Part shown: piece by piece, positions 37,857 through 47,500 of the stretch | Position numbering within the stretch: the stretch's first letter is position 1 | Layout: each line of letters begins with the position of its first letter | DNA from: Candidatus Moranbacteria bacterium GW2011_GWC2_40_12 | Lineage (GTDB): Bacteria > Patescibacteriota > Minisyncoccia > Moranbacterales > UBA11712 | Reading direction: 5' to 3' | Assembly (NCBI GenBank): GCA_000995965.1 | Contig: LBYD01000002.1 | Coordinates: forward strand, 71,889-135,888 | DNA: 64,000 bases | Program-made: the position numbers and the translations under genes | Notes under the pieces: generated by a model | Databases searched by the model: none | Told to the model about the DNA's origin: nothing | What the model saw: the letters and a program-made list of their open reading frames with translations, nothing else

Positions 37857-37938
37857 ATTTATCGCCTTTTAATGCAAAATGCAAATATCAAAAATCAAAA
37901 TGAAAATCCAAAATAAAATATTTTTGAATTTTACATTG

Positions 37939-38460
37939 TCACTTTGAATTTTGATTTTTAAATTTTGAATTTATAATGATTTTCCTCGCATCCCCGTCGA
38001 GATGTTCAAATTCCAGCCAAATGGCACGACTGGGAATTATAGCCTTCATCCTCTCCGCCCACTCGACAATCACAATATTATTTTCCCCGGTGATAATTTC
38101 TTTCCAGCCCAATTCTATAATATCCCGTGATTTAACTCGATAACAATCTATGTGATAAACGTTTAAGGTTTGGCCTTGAGGAATTCCCCGACTTGTCGGG
38201 GAAGGGAAGGGCCGAACCTTGGAAAAATTTTGACTTTTAATTTTGTAGTGCTTCATCACCACAAACGTCGGGCTCGTGTAAGGACCTTTGATTTTCAGCC
38301 CCCGCAAAACTCCCTGCGCGAAAGTCGTTTTCCCGCTTCCAAGCTCACCCGTAAGACAGATTATCTCACCACCGCGCAATTCTTGGGACAACACTTCACC
38401 CAGTTTTCGGGTTTCACTAGCGCTTTTCGTAAAAAATGTTTCCAAATTACCAATAGCCAA
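37939..38460 (-). CDS. tsaE: tRNA threonylcarbamoyladenosine biosynthesis ATPase TsaE
   Basis: Walker A GELGSGKTT and the conserved TSPTF motif. Confidence 0.85.
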   Translation of the reverse strand: MAIGNLETFFTKSASETRKLGEVLSQELRGGEIICLTGELGSGKTTFAQGVLRGLKIKGPYTSPTFVVMKHYKIKSQNFSKVRPFPSPTSRGIPQGQTLNVYHIDCYRVKSRDIIELGWKEIITGENNIVIVEWAERMKAIIPSRAIWLEFEHLDGDARKIIINSKFKNQNSK

Positions 38461-38506
38461 TTACAAATTACGTTTATGTAATTGTCGCATAAATCCTGAT
38501 TTTGGC

Positions 38507-38558
38507 AAAGAAAAAAGGCCAGCCTCATCACGGATGCGTCCGCAATGAAAACTGGCCT
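38507..38558 (-). terminator. terminator downstream of lipoprotein gene
   Basis: GGCCAG...CTGGCC stem enclosing the CGGACGCATCCG palindrome, followed on the minus strand by a T-rich run. Confidence 0.45.
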
Positions 38559-38586
38559 TAGTTATCCTTCTTTTTTGGTGCCACTC

Positions 38587-39027
38587 TTACCGCAGCCGGC
38601 GGCTTCGGTAAAATTCCAATTCACCCAATTGACGAGCCCTTTGTTCGAGCTTAGAACGGTAATCCCGCTCCAAAGAATCGAACTCCTGCCCGTAAGCTTC
38701 TCTCGCTTCTCCGCAGAGAATTGGGGGAGCATGGGCACCGCGCGGAAACCCGTGCTCAAAATCACGCCGAGCAGCCGCCCGCGCCTCATCGCGCATGGCG
38801 TTCTTGGCGGCATCGTAATCGCGCTGGGCTTCTTGCAGTCTGCGGTCAAGATAAGCCGACCGTTTGACTACAGAAAGCGGCGCCCGGTTCCAATCAACGT
38901 TTGGGCCACTGGAAGACCCGACGTAATTAATTGGATCGAAAACGAGTATGCCGCCCACAGTACCGCAGCCCGCGATCCCTGACTGCAGCAGCGCTACCAG
39001 GACTATAACCTCAAAAATTTTCCTCAT
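38587..39027 (-). CDS. lipoprotein (hypothetical)
   Basis: The start MRKIFEVIVLVALLQSGIAGCG contains a lipobox. The track ORF extends to 39234, but the signal-peptide Met is the likelier start. GC-rich. Confidence 0.45.
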   Translation of the reverse strand: MRKIFEVIVLVALLQSGIAGCGTVGGILVFDPINYVGSSSGPNVDWNRAPLSVVKRSAYLDRRLQEAQRDYDAAKNAMRDEARAAARRDFEHGFPRGAHAPPILCGEAREAYGQEFDSLERDYRSKLEQRARQLGELEFYRSRRLR

Positions 39028-39250
39028 CGGATTCCTCCTGCCTCGAAATAAGATCAAATAACTCCTGGGCTGACCACTCCTCCTGGATTCTTTCCAGTTC
39101 ATATCTTGCTTCGATATGCGGGGGCAGAAAAACTTCATCGTAAACAATCTTGACTTCCCGGCCAGTGCGCGGAACTTGCTCACCGGCAAAAGCTGCAGTT
39201 GCCCCAAAAAACATAACCATCGCCAAAATGACAAGGAACTTTCTGATCAT
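39011..39250 (-). CDS. small secreted protein (hypothetical)
   Basis: 79 aa with a signal peptide MIRKFLVILAMVMFFGATAAFA. Confidence 0.4.
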   Translation of the reverse strand: MIRKFLVILAMVMFFGATAAFAGEQVPRTGREVKIVYDEVFLPPHIEARYELERIQEEWSAQELFDLISRQEESDEENF

Positions 39251-39373
39251 AGTTATTTTCCTTTTTCTTTTTATTTAACCTGTTATTTTACACCCAAAAC
39301 CGGCTTTTGTCAACGGTCGGGAAACACTCCCTAAAATAGCCCTATTTTATGCCCCAATTCGATGTTTCACGCC

Positions 39374-39411
39374 AAAAAAAATTTGCCCAGGCGGAACTGC
39401 CTGGGCTTTTT
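39374..39411. terminator. bidirectional terminator
   Basis: GCCCAGGC-ggaact-GCCTGGGC flanked by A8 and T5. Confidence 0.55.
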
Positions 39412-39431
39412 ACATTGACTGCCGGTATTCT

Positions 39432-39728
39432 CTATAAGCAACCGTTTGTCATATACACTTCAGAGCTGCTCAGCGGTATTTTGTGGGCAGGACGCTGAAA
39501 TGGAATTACGCTCTTCCTTGCCGCGCTCCTGTCGCCTCTCCACCAGAGAGCGCTAAGGCCTTCCTTTGAGTGGCAGTGGCTGCAGTTTATAGATGACGGG
39601 TATCCTCTGATCCTCCAGGTGTATTCATTTTGCGCCTGGAAAGACGCAGATGGGCAGCACCCCGCCAAAGCAATGAAAATTATCAAACAAGTTCCGAGCA
39701 CGATGACTAGAACTTCGGCATTTTTCAC
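39432..39728 (-). CDS. small Cys-rich membrane-anchored protein (hypothetical)
   Basis: 98 aa with an N-terminal TM helix and several Cys/His residues. Confidence 0.3.
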   Translation of the reverse strand: MKNAEVLVIVLGTCLIIFIALAGCCPSASFQAQNEYTWRIRGYPSSINCSHCHSKEGLSALWWRGDRSAARKSVIPFQRPAHKIPLSSSEVYMTNGCL

Positions 39729-39870
39729 GGCAGCCTCCTTTATCTCTTTTTGAATACTATATAGAACAATTCCGCCATAAAGTCAATACAAAAACCGATT
39801 GACACCGCTTGCGCCATTTGATATTCTAAAAAACCAATCAATCTTCACATAAAAATTCGTAAAGAATCCC

Positions 39871-40998
39871 ATGCCGCTTTCTATTCAGGACCAAATAAAA
39901 AATCAAATCGATGCTTCCCAAAGTATTTTGATACTCACCAAGCCCAAAGCTTCGAGCGATGCAGTCTCGGCAAGCTGGGGCTTTTTTCATTTGCTCAAAA
40001 ATCTTGGAAAGAATCCAGTGATTCTGGAAAACAACCCTCAAGCCGAAAAACTGAAATTCCTCCCTCTCCCGGAAAAAATGGAAAAGAAAATCACCGGAGC
40101 GCGGGATTTTGTTTTGTCTTTCAACACCAAATACAACAAAATCATCAGTTCCCGCGTCGAAGAAAAAGAAGAGGCCTTTGAAATCTATATCACGCCGGAA
40201 AAAGAAGCGATTGACCCGCGCGATTTTTCGTTCATCCCCGCCAAGTTCAAATACGACCTTGTTGTCGTGATCGGCTGCCAAAATTTGGATGATCTTGGCG
40301 AAATCAAGGAAAAAAACAGCGACCTTTTTTTTGAGCTCCCGGTCGTGAACATCGACAATTCGCCCGCCAACGAAAATTTCGGGCAGTTCAATCTTGTTGA
40401 TACCACCGCCTCTTCCGTTTCGGAAGCGCTTTGTGAATTTTCGAAAGGCTTCGATGAAAAACATATGAATCCAGCCTCGGCCCAGTGCTTCCTCGCGGGA
40501 ATAGTTTCCGCCACTTCCAATTTTCAAAGCGAACGGACGACTCCCCAGACCTTCCTCGCCGCTTCGTGGCTCATCGAGAAAGGCGCCAGCCAGCAGGAAA
40601 TCGTCCGCCATCTCATGAAAACCCAGTCTTTCCCCTTTATGAAGCTCTGGGGGCGGGTTATGGCCCGGCTCAACTGGGACGAAAAACTGAAGCTGGCCTG
40701 GTCACTGGTGTCGCTTGAGGATTTTGTCCTGAGCCGGACGACCGAGACGGATTTGCCGCTGATACTCGAAAAGATCAAAGACAATTTTTCCTCGGGAAAC
40801 ACTTTTGCCATCATTTTCAGCGAATCGCTCAAAAAAAATATCGCGCTCCTCAAGACCAATGACCTGCCGTCGCTTCGAAATCTGGAAAAGCTTTTCAACG
40901 GAGAAATAAAAAACGGACATCTGTCCGTCGAATTTCTGGGAAAAGATATCTTGGAGGCGGAAAAAGAGATGATGGAGAAATTGAAAACTCTAAAATAG
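39871..40998 (+). CDS. DHH-family phosphoesterase-like protein (NrnA-like, catalytic motifs degenerate)
   Basis: 375 aa with DHH/DHHA1-like architecture. The expected DHH motif reads IDNSP. Confidence 0.5.
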   Translation: MPLSIQDQIKNQIDASQSILILTKPKASSDAVSASWGFFHLLKNLGKNPVILENNPQAEKLKFLPLPEKMEKKITGARDFVLSFNTKYNKIISSRVEEKEEAFEIYITPEKEAIDPRDFSFIPAKFKYDLVVVIGCQNLDDLGEIKEKNSDLFFELPVVNIDNSPANENFGQFNLVDTTASSVSEALCEFSKGFDEKHMNPASAQCFLAGIVSATSNFQSERTTPQTFLAASWLIEKGASQQEIVRHLMKTQSFPFMKLWGRVMARLNWDEKLKLAWSLVSLEDFVLSRTTETDLPLILEKIKDNFSSGNTFAIIFSESLKKNIALLKTNDLPSLRNLEKLFNGEIKNGHLSVEFLGKDILEAEKEMMEKLKTLK

Positions 40999-41014
40999 CT
41001 CAAAGGAGGCGATA

Positions 41015-41206
41015 ATGAAAGTAACGACCATTGTTCTTTTTGTAACCGAAGAAGGTGATAAAATTCACATCACTGAATATCCTGGGAAGTACACCCAGGA
41101 ACTCGGAATAACTTCTCGGCTCACTTCCCAAAACCATTTTCTTCCTCCGGAAGAGGCTCTTAGGTTTATCAGGAGGAGAATTGAAGAACATGGAGTAAAG
41201 CGCTAA
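41015..41206 (+). CDS. small hypothetical protein (63 aa)
   Basis: Strong SD (AAAGGAGGCG) 5 nt upstream of the ATG, and a terminator hairpin at 41223-41251. Confidence 0.45.
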   Translation: MKVTTIVLFVTEEGDKIHITEYPGKYTQELGITSRLTSQNHFLPPEEALRFIRRRIEEHGVKR

Positions 41207-41222
41207 CAGTTCCCTTCTTAAT

Positions 41223-41251
41223 GGCCTCGGAATTTTCGAGGCCAATTTTTT
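41223..41251 (+). terminator. rho-independent terminator
   Basis: GGCCTCG-gaatttt-CGAGGCC followed by AATTTTTTT. Confidence 0.55.
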
Positions 41252-41260
41252 TGATATCTT

Positions 41261-42262
41261 CTATTTTGCAAATATCTCCTTCGCCGCGTCCCAAAATTCT
41301 GGCTTCGCGTGCTTTGTTTTGAGCCAATACCACCATTCAGCTCCCCAAAGATAGTTTTCCGGAAAACCCACAAGCTTCGCGTATTCGATATTTTCCCGAA
41401 ATTGCTTGAGGCTCATTGATTTTTCCTGCTCCTCGAGCGGCAAATCATAAATCAGTTTCGGTCCCCAAGGCTCGGTCTGAAGCTCCGAGACGATAATCGG
41501 CTTCCCGGGAAAAAATAAATGCACGATATTGGCCTTTAGCCAGAAAAATCTCGGGGGAAGAGGGTATTTGAAATATCCAATCGGATCTTTGTGGATAATC
41601 CGATACATGGTTGTTCCAAAAATATCGGCCCGCTTGGCCGCCCGCACCCAGATGGAAAGCTCCCCGCTGTCCGTCACCATTATTTGATGGCTTGAATCAA
41701 TTTCGCGCACTTTTGCCACTTCCCTGTCAAGAAATCCCTTTTCCGTCGTCGTGCATTCTCCAAAAGGAAGAAAAGGCTCATTGTCCACTTGCCAGAGATA
41801 TAAATTGGGAATATTTTTGTAGCGCTCAACCTCTTTTGACATCGCCGAGAGAATTTTTTCCTGTTTTTCCGACTCGGTGAGTTTATCCGCCCAAAACGGC
41901 GCATGGCATTCCGGCCAGCGTGGAAGCTTTCGACCGATGACCAAGATCAATTGCGCATTTCTTTTTTGCGCTTCCTCAATCATCCAGTCATAATCCGAAA
42001 AATCATACCTCCCCTCCTCCTCTTCAATGTCCTGCCAATAAATAGGGAGTCGGATTCTTTTCGCGCCGAGATCATCGAGAACGGCCAAATACGCTTCCCG
42101 CCAGTCAAGCCCCATCTCCGTCGCGAACATTTTTGAAAAGGCCACACCCCACTTGATATCGCCGTTTTTTTCCGCAAGGCCGGCCGGTTTTCGAATAAGA
42201 AAAAAGAATCCGGCCACAAGAGCCATAATGATCAACAAAAATACTTTTCTTCTAAGTTTCAT
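41261..42262 (-). CDS. membrane-anchored glycoside hydrolase (GH5-like TIM barrel)
   Basis: N-terminal TM helix. LWQVDNEP contains the catalytic acid/base NEP motif, and the later segment ...ELQTEPW... fits a nucleophile Glu. Confidence 0.55.
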   Translation of the reverse strand: MKLRRKVFLLIIMALVAGFFFLIRKPAGLAEKNGDIKWGVAFSKMFATEMGLDWREAYLAVLDDLGAKRIRLPIYWQDIEEEEGRYDFSDYDWMIEEAQKRNAQLILVIGRKLPRWPECHAPFWADKLTESEKQEKILSAMSKEVERYKNIPNLYLWQVDNEPFLPFGECTTTEKGFLDREVAKVREIDSSHQIMVTDSGELSIWVRAAKRADIFGTTMYRIIHKDPIGYFKYPLPPRFFWLKANIVHLFFPGKPIIVSELQTEPWGPKLIYDLPLEEQEKSMSLKQFRENIEYAKLVGFPENYLWGAEWWYWLKTKHAKPEFWDAAKEIFAK

Positions 42263-42345
42263 TTATTAGATATTAGATTGGAGTAATGTATATAATCTTA
42301 ATTTTTATGCATATGCATAAAAATTAAGATTCCCCTGAAAAAACT

Positions 42346-43254
42346 TCATTTGAAAATAACCAGCATTGTCCCGAAAGTTACTGAAAGAATTCCCGCCATT
42401 TTTGTGATGATATTGAGAATTGAGAATCTTTCGACAAAAATATTCTTGAGATAAAAAGACAAAAACAGGGCAAACACGAAGGTGAGAAGATATTGCACCG
42501 AAACAAACGAGCTTATGACTGCCACACTGCCGAGCATAATGCTGTAGTTCACGAGCAAAGTGCCGGCTCCGGCGGTGGTTTTCGCGACAATCGTTCCGGC
42601 AAAATTTTCGAAATTTTCCTTTCTTTTTTTCTTTCTGACCCCGTCAAGCACAGCTTTTCTGAATTCTGGAATGAGAAGCGAGGCGAGAGCCGCGAACAAA
42701 ATTCCCCCGCGGCTCAAGATGTATCCGCTCACGAAAGCCTGGTGATTATATCCATATTTCAAAAGCACCATTGAGAATGCCGCCAGCACCCCAGCGGCGA
42801 CTGTCCCGCGCCAGTGGAAAAAAAATCTCCCGGCATAAAATTTGTAGGAAATGAGCGCGCCTCCGATCACGAGAAAAATTATACCGCCGGCTTCGCGCGA
42901 AGAAAATGAATCATTGAGAATCATTTTCGCGCAAATCGTCGTGACGACTGTCGAGGTCGCCCCAAAAAGAACATAGACCCTCGGAGCCGAAGAGCGGATC
43001 AGCGCGCGGAAAAGAAAGGCGAGAGAGAGAAAAAGCAGGATTCCCGAAAGAAAAGAAATCAGAAACGGAATAACTCCAAACCATTTGAGCCCGAAAGGCG
43101 CGAACCCAAGGCTGAAAACGGAAAAAATGCCGACGTAGAAAGTATAAAGAGGCCAGTTTTTCATGCGGGCGGCCAGAATATATTTGCTCATCACCGATTC
43201 GACGGCGAGGAGCGCGTATCCCAAAATGGCAATGGTCATCCAATTCATCTTCAT
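42346..43254 (-). CDS. DMT/EamA-like transporter
   Basis: 302 aa with 10 TM helices in two halves. Confidence 0.5.
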   Translation of the reverse strand: MKMNWMTIAILGYALLAVESVMSKYILAARMKNWPLYTFYVGIFSVFSLGFAPFGLKWFGVIPFLISFLSGILLFLSLAFLFRALIRSSAPRVYVLFGATSTVVTTICAKMILNDSFSSREAGGIIFLVIGGALISYKFYAGRFFFHWRGTVAAGVLAAFSMVLLKYGYNHQAFVSGYILSRGGILFAALASLLIPEFRKAVLDGVRKKKRKENFENFAGTIVAKTTAGAGTLLVNYSIMLGSVAVISSFVSVQYLLTFVFALFLSFYLKNIFVERFSILNIITKMAGILSVTFGTMLVIFK

Positions 43255-43265
43255 TCACTTGGAAA

Positions 43266-44519
43266 CTAAGTTTCCAAGTAGTTATTTTTGCATATTTTCG
43301 CGTATTCCAGCGCGCTCGGGCGGACTTTCCTTTCCATAGTTTTATAATCCATTTCCACCAGCCCAAACCGCGGCCAAAAGCCTTTGTCCCATTCAAAATT
43401 GTCGAGAAACGACCAGTGAAAATACCCACGGACATCCACGCCTTCTCGAATGGCTTTATGAACGTGGAAGAGATAATTTTTTATAAACCCTGCCCTTTTC
43501 CGGTCCTTCGCGTCAGGAATTCCGTTTTCCGTGATGTAAATGGGAAGATTATATTTCTTGAGATCCATGAGAATATAGTACATGCCTTCCGGAACAATCT
43601 GCCGTCCCATATCATTTTCTTGATATTTTTCTTCATGCAATAAGGCCGAAAGTGAAAAAGGGACTCTCATATAATGCTGCGCGCCGATGAAATCCAAATG
43701 ACCAATCGTTTGTTTGATCAAATATTCGTTAGTAAAATGCTTAGCGAGAAACAAAAGGAAACCTGTTTGAAAAATTCCATTTCTATTATCAAAGAAATTC
43801 AACCATTCAGTGAACCCCACCATGGCTTGCGGTTTTTTCTTGTGAATCTCCGCATATGCTAATTTATGCGCCTTGATAAGATTTTTATAAACTCGAAAAG
43901 CTTCGAAAATGTTATGTTTCTGCGGCGGTCGATAACCCTTAATGTATCCTCCGCCGATTATCAGGATTGGCTCATTGAAAGTCAGCCAAAAAATCACGTC
44001 ATCGGAAAATTCTTTTACTATCTTCGCAGAATATCTCTTAAAATAGTCCGGAGATTTTTTATTCTCCCACCCCCCCTTTCGCGAAAACCACACAGGAAGA
44101 GTGTAATGCCATAGCGTCACAAACGGCTCCATTCCCCGCGCGCGGATGGCTTTCAATACTTTTCGGTAATGTTCGATTTCTTTTTCGTCAAATTTTCCTT
44201 CTTCCGGCTCGATCCGCGACCATTCAATGGAAATCCGAAAAGCGTTGAGACCAAGAGATTTGGCGATATCCAAATCTTCTTCGTAGCGGTTATAGTGGTC
44301 GCAGGCCCGGCCCGAGATATAATTTTCCGGGTCGAACATTTCTGGGAATTTCTTTTGCTGCCATTTCGCCCATTTGGTTTTGGCTTCGCTCGCGAGGCGT
44401 TTCGCGTTTTTCTTTTCCCACTCGCTCCAGTCATTCCGGCTCCCGCCTTCAACCTGATGGGCCGCCGTTGCCGCGCCCCACAAAAAACCATCGGGAAATT
44501 TTTTGTTTTTATTTTTCAT
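43266..44519 (-). CDS. GH1 beta-glucosidase
   Basis: FPDGFLWGAATAAHQVEG N-terminal signature, TLNEP and ITENG catalytic motifs. The track ORF starts further upstream (44621), but the Met at 44519 gives the canonical N-terminus. Confidence 0.9.
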   Translation of the reverse strand: MKNKNKKFPDGFLWGAATAAHQVEGGSRNDWSEWEKKNAKRLASEAKTKWAKWQQKKFPEMFDPENYISGRACDHYNRYEEDLDIAKSLGLNAFRISIEWSRIEPEEGKFDEKEIEHYRKVLKAIRARGMEPFVTLWHYTLPVWFSRKGGWENKKSPDYFKRYSAKIVKEFSDDVIFWLTFNEPILIIGGGYIKGYRPPQKHNIFEAFRVYKNLIKAHKLAYAEIHKKKPQAMVGFTEWLNFFDNRNGIFQTGFLLFLAKHFTNEYLIKQTIGHLDFIGAQHYMRVPFSLSALLHEEKYQENDMGRQIVPEGMYYILMDLKKYNLPIYITENGIPDAKDRKRAGFIKNYLFHVHKAIREGVDVRGYFHWSFLDNFEWDKGFWPRFGLVEMDYKTMERKVRPSALEYAKICKNNYLET

Positions 44520-44595
44520 GCTTTGCCCTAATTTTACTATTTTTGTGAAATAATATCTAGTTGTGCTTTCAAGCAGAATGAAATAAAATACAATT

Positions 44596-47500
44596 ATGCC
44601 TGAAGAGACAAATAAAAACAAAACTGCTGGAGAAATACACGGCCATCACGAGGAGGAAGTCAGCCGGATCCTCTCCAAGATGAAACACGAATCCGAAGAA
44701 CAGCAAGCGGCCAGCCTGGCCGCTACTTTAGGTTTTCCTTATATCGATCTCAATATTTTCCCCATTGATCCGGAGACACTCCAAGTCATTCCGAAAGAAG
44801 ATGCTCTGAGACTTGAACTGGTTCCCATTCAAAGAGCCGGGAAAAATGTGAGCTTGGCTATTTCAAACATTTCTCACCCGGATCTCAAGAAATATCTTGA
44901 GAAACTGGAAAAAGAAGAGGGATACCGGCTGAAAATTTTCATATCTTCAAAAACCGGTTTCCAGAAAACCTTGGAGCGATACAAATTCATCGCTTTGGCC
45001 GATAATCTGGAAGACTTGCGCTTGACACTTTCCGGAACAGACCTCGCGGAATTTGAAAAAAATCTGAGAGATGTCATTGACCTCAAAAAAAGAATCACCG
45101 AAATACCCACGACGGAGGTGATAAACATCATCATGGCCGGCGCCGTAAAAATGGAGGCTAGTGATATCCATTTTGAACCTCAACAGGACGGCATCCGTTT
45201 GCGCTATAGATTGGACGGAATTCTTCAAAACATCACCGATCTTCCTTCGCAGGTATACCACTATATCCTTTCCCGGGTGAAAATTCTTTCCGGAATGAAA
45301 ATAAATATCCGAGACGTCGCTCAAGATGGGCATTTTTCCATCGAAATTGAGGAGAACGAAATAGACGTCCGTGTTTCAATTCTCCCCGGAAATTTTGGGG
45401 AGAATATAGTGATGCGCCTCCTGAATCAACGCTCCATAGCCTTGAAATACGACGACCTTGGCCTTCGAGGACTGGCCTATGACAAGCTCCGGGAGGAAAT
45501 GAAAAAGCCCAATGGGATAATCCTCAACACCGGCCCCACCGGATCGGGAAAAACGACAACGCTCTATGCCATTGTCAACACCCTCAACTCCCCGGAAGTG
45601 AAAATTATCACTGTTGAAGATCCGGTTGAATACAAAATAAAGGGAATTTCCCAGACCCAAGTTTCCAAATCGCGCGGATATACCTTCGCCAATGCTCTTC
45701 GGGCCATTGTCCGTCAGGATCCGGATGTTATTTTGGTCGGTGAAATAAGAGATGATGAAACGGCTCAAATTGCTGTCCACGCGTCCCTTACCGGACACCT
45801 GGTTCTTTCAACCCTCCACACCAATAGCGCTGTTGAAACGACGCCGAGGCTCACCGATATGGGAATAAAGCCTTCGCTCATTCCCGCGGCGGTGAATGCC
45901 ATTATCGCCCAGCGCCTGGTTCGAAAACTCTGTCCGGTCTGCAAGGAAAAGTATACTCCCGCCCGGGAAAGCGTGGAAAGCGTGAGGAAAATTCTCTCAG
46001 TAATATCTCCCAAGGCAAAACTTTCTGTCCCAAAAAATATTGATTCTTTTTTCCGGGCCAAGGGATGCCCGAAATGCCGCGGACTGGGATATAAGGGCCG
46101 GATTGGAATCTTCGAAATTCTGACTCTGAATGAAGAAATTTCCCAAAAAATAACTGAAATGGCCTCGGAATCGGAAATTTTATCTCTCGCCCTTGAAGCC
46201 GGAATGGTTACAATGCTTCAAGACGGGATTTTGAAAGCCCTCGAAGGAATAACTTCCCTCGAAGAAGTTCAAAGGGTGACTGGAGAAGGAAAGTTTTTGG
46301 AAGAACTCTATGAAAAAATCATTACCCAGCTGCTTCTCCGTTCCGTTTTGATAAGAAAAGACATCGCCCAAAAAATAGAGGGCATAAAAAATGATTTCTC
46401 AAAATATCAGGAACTGGTGAACACGGCCAACCCAGAAGAGATACTAAGCCTAATCATTGCTGCCGGAATCAAACTTCAGGCCGGCGACATTCATATCGAG
46501 CCGGAAGAAAATATTGTGAAAATCCGCTTCCGAATTGATGGAATTCTTCAAGATGCCGCCCAAATACCCCTATCAGATTACCCGCATGTTATGGGTGATA
46601 TCAAAATTCTCTCCGGTTTCAAGGCGACTGACGTTGAATCCGGGGTGAAGGACAGCCGGTTTTCCATAAGCCTGGAAGAAGGTGTATTTTCCGAAATTGC
46701 AAAGAGGGAAATTGATGTCCGCGTTTCAATAATTTTGGGCGGCTATGGGGAAACGGTCGTTATGCGGCTTCTCGGCCAAGGCGACCAGGAGACTGACATC
46801 TTTAAGCTCGGCATCCGCCAGCAGAATCTGGACAGGCTTTTGGAAAAAATAAAAAAGCCCAATGGGATAATCCTCAACACCGGCCCCACCGGATCGGGAA
46901 AAACGACAACTCTTTATTCTTTGCTTTCTCTTCTCAACAAGCCGGGTGCAAAAATTATAACCGTTGAAGACCCAATCGAATACCGTCTCAAAGGCATCCT
47001 GCAGACTCAAGTGAATGAAAAGAAGGGTTACACTTTCCCAATGGCTCTGCGCGCGCTTCTCCGCCAAAATCCGGATATCATGATGATTGGTGAAATCCGC
47101 GATGAAGAAACCGCGAAAATTTCCGTTCAGGCGGCGCTCACCGGTCATCTAGTTCTTTCAACGCTTCACACAAACAACGCGGCCAGCTCCATTCAGCGGC
47201 TCATCAATATGAGCGTCAACCCAACTGATATTGCTTCATCGGTAAATGCTTTCATGGCCCAACGCCTGGTGCGTTTTCTTTGCCAATCCTGCAAGAAAAA
47301 AGTGCGGCCAAGCCAGAAAGTGAAGAGCCAGATTGAAAGAATGCTTGGAACGATATCGGAAAAAGCGGGAATCGAAGTCCCGAAAAAAGTTGATTATATT
47401 TTCGAAGCGCAAGGCTGTCCAGAGTGCAACAACATCGGCTACAAGGGAAGAACTGCGGTCAGTGAAATAATGGATATGACAAAAGAGATGGAAGAGCTTG

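Noticed and set aside
38545-38982. 145-aa plus-strand ORF and 38562-38849 minus ORF
   Set aside because: These are in the GC-rich islet. The in-frame lipoprotein with signal peptide and lipobox is the better model.
39838-40611. 257-aa minus-strand ORF
   Set aside because: Antisense to the DHH-family gene, which has domain motifs. Repetitive Phe/Gly/Arg translation.
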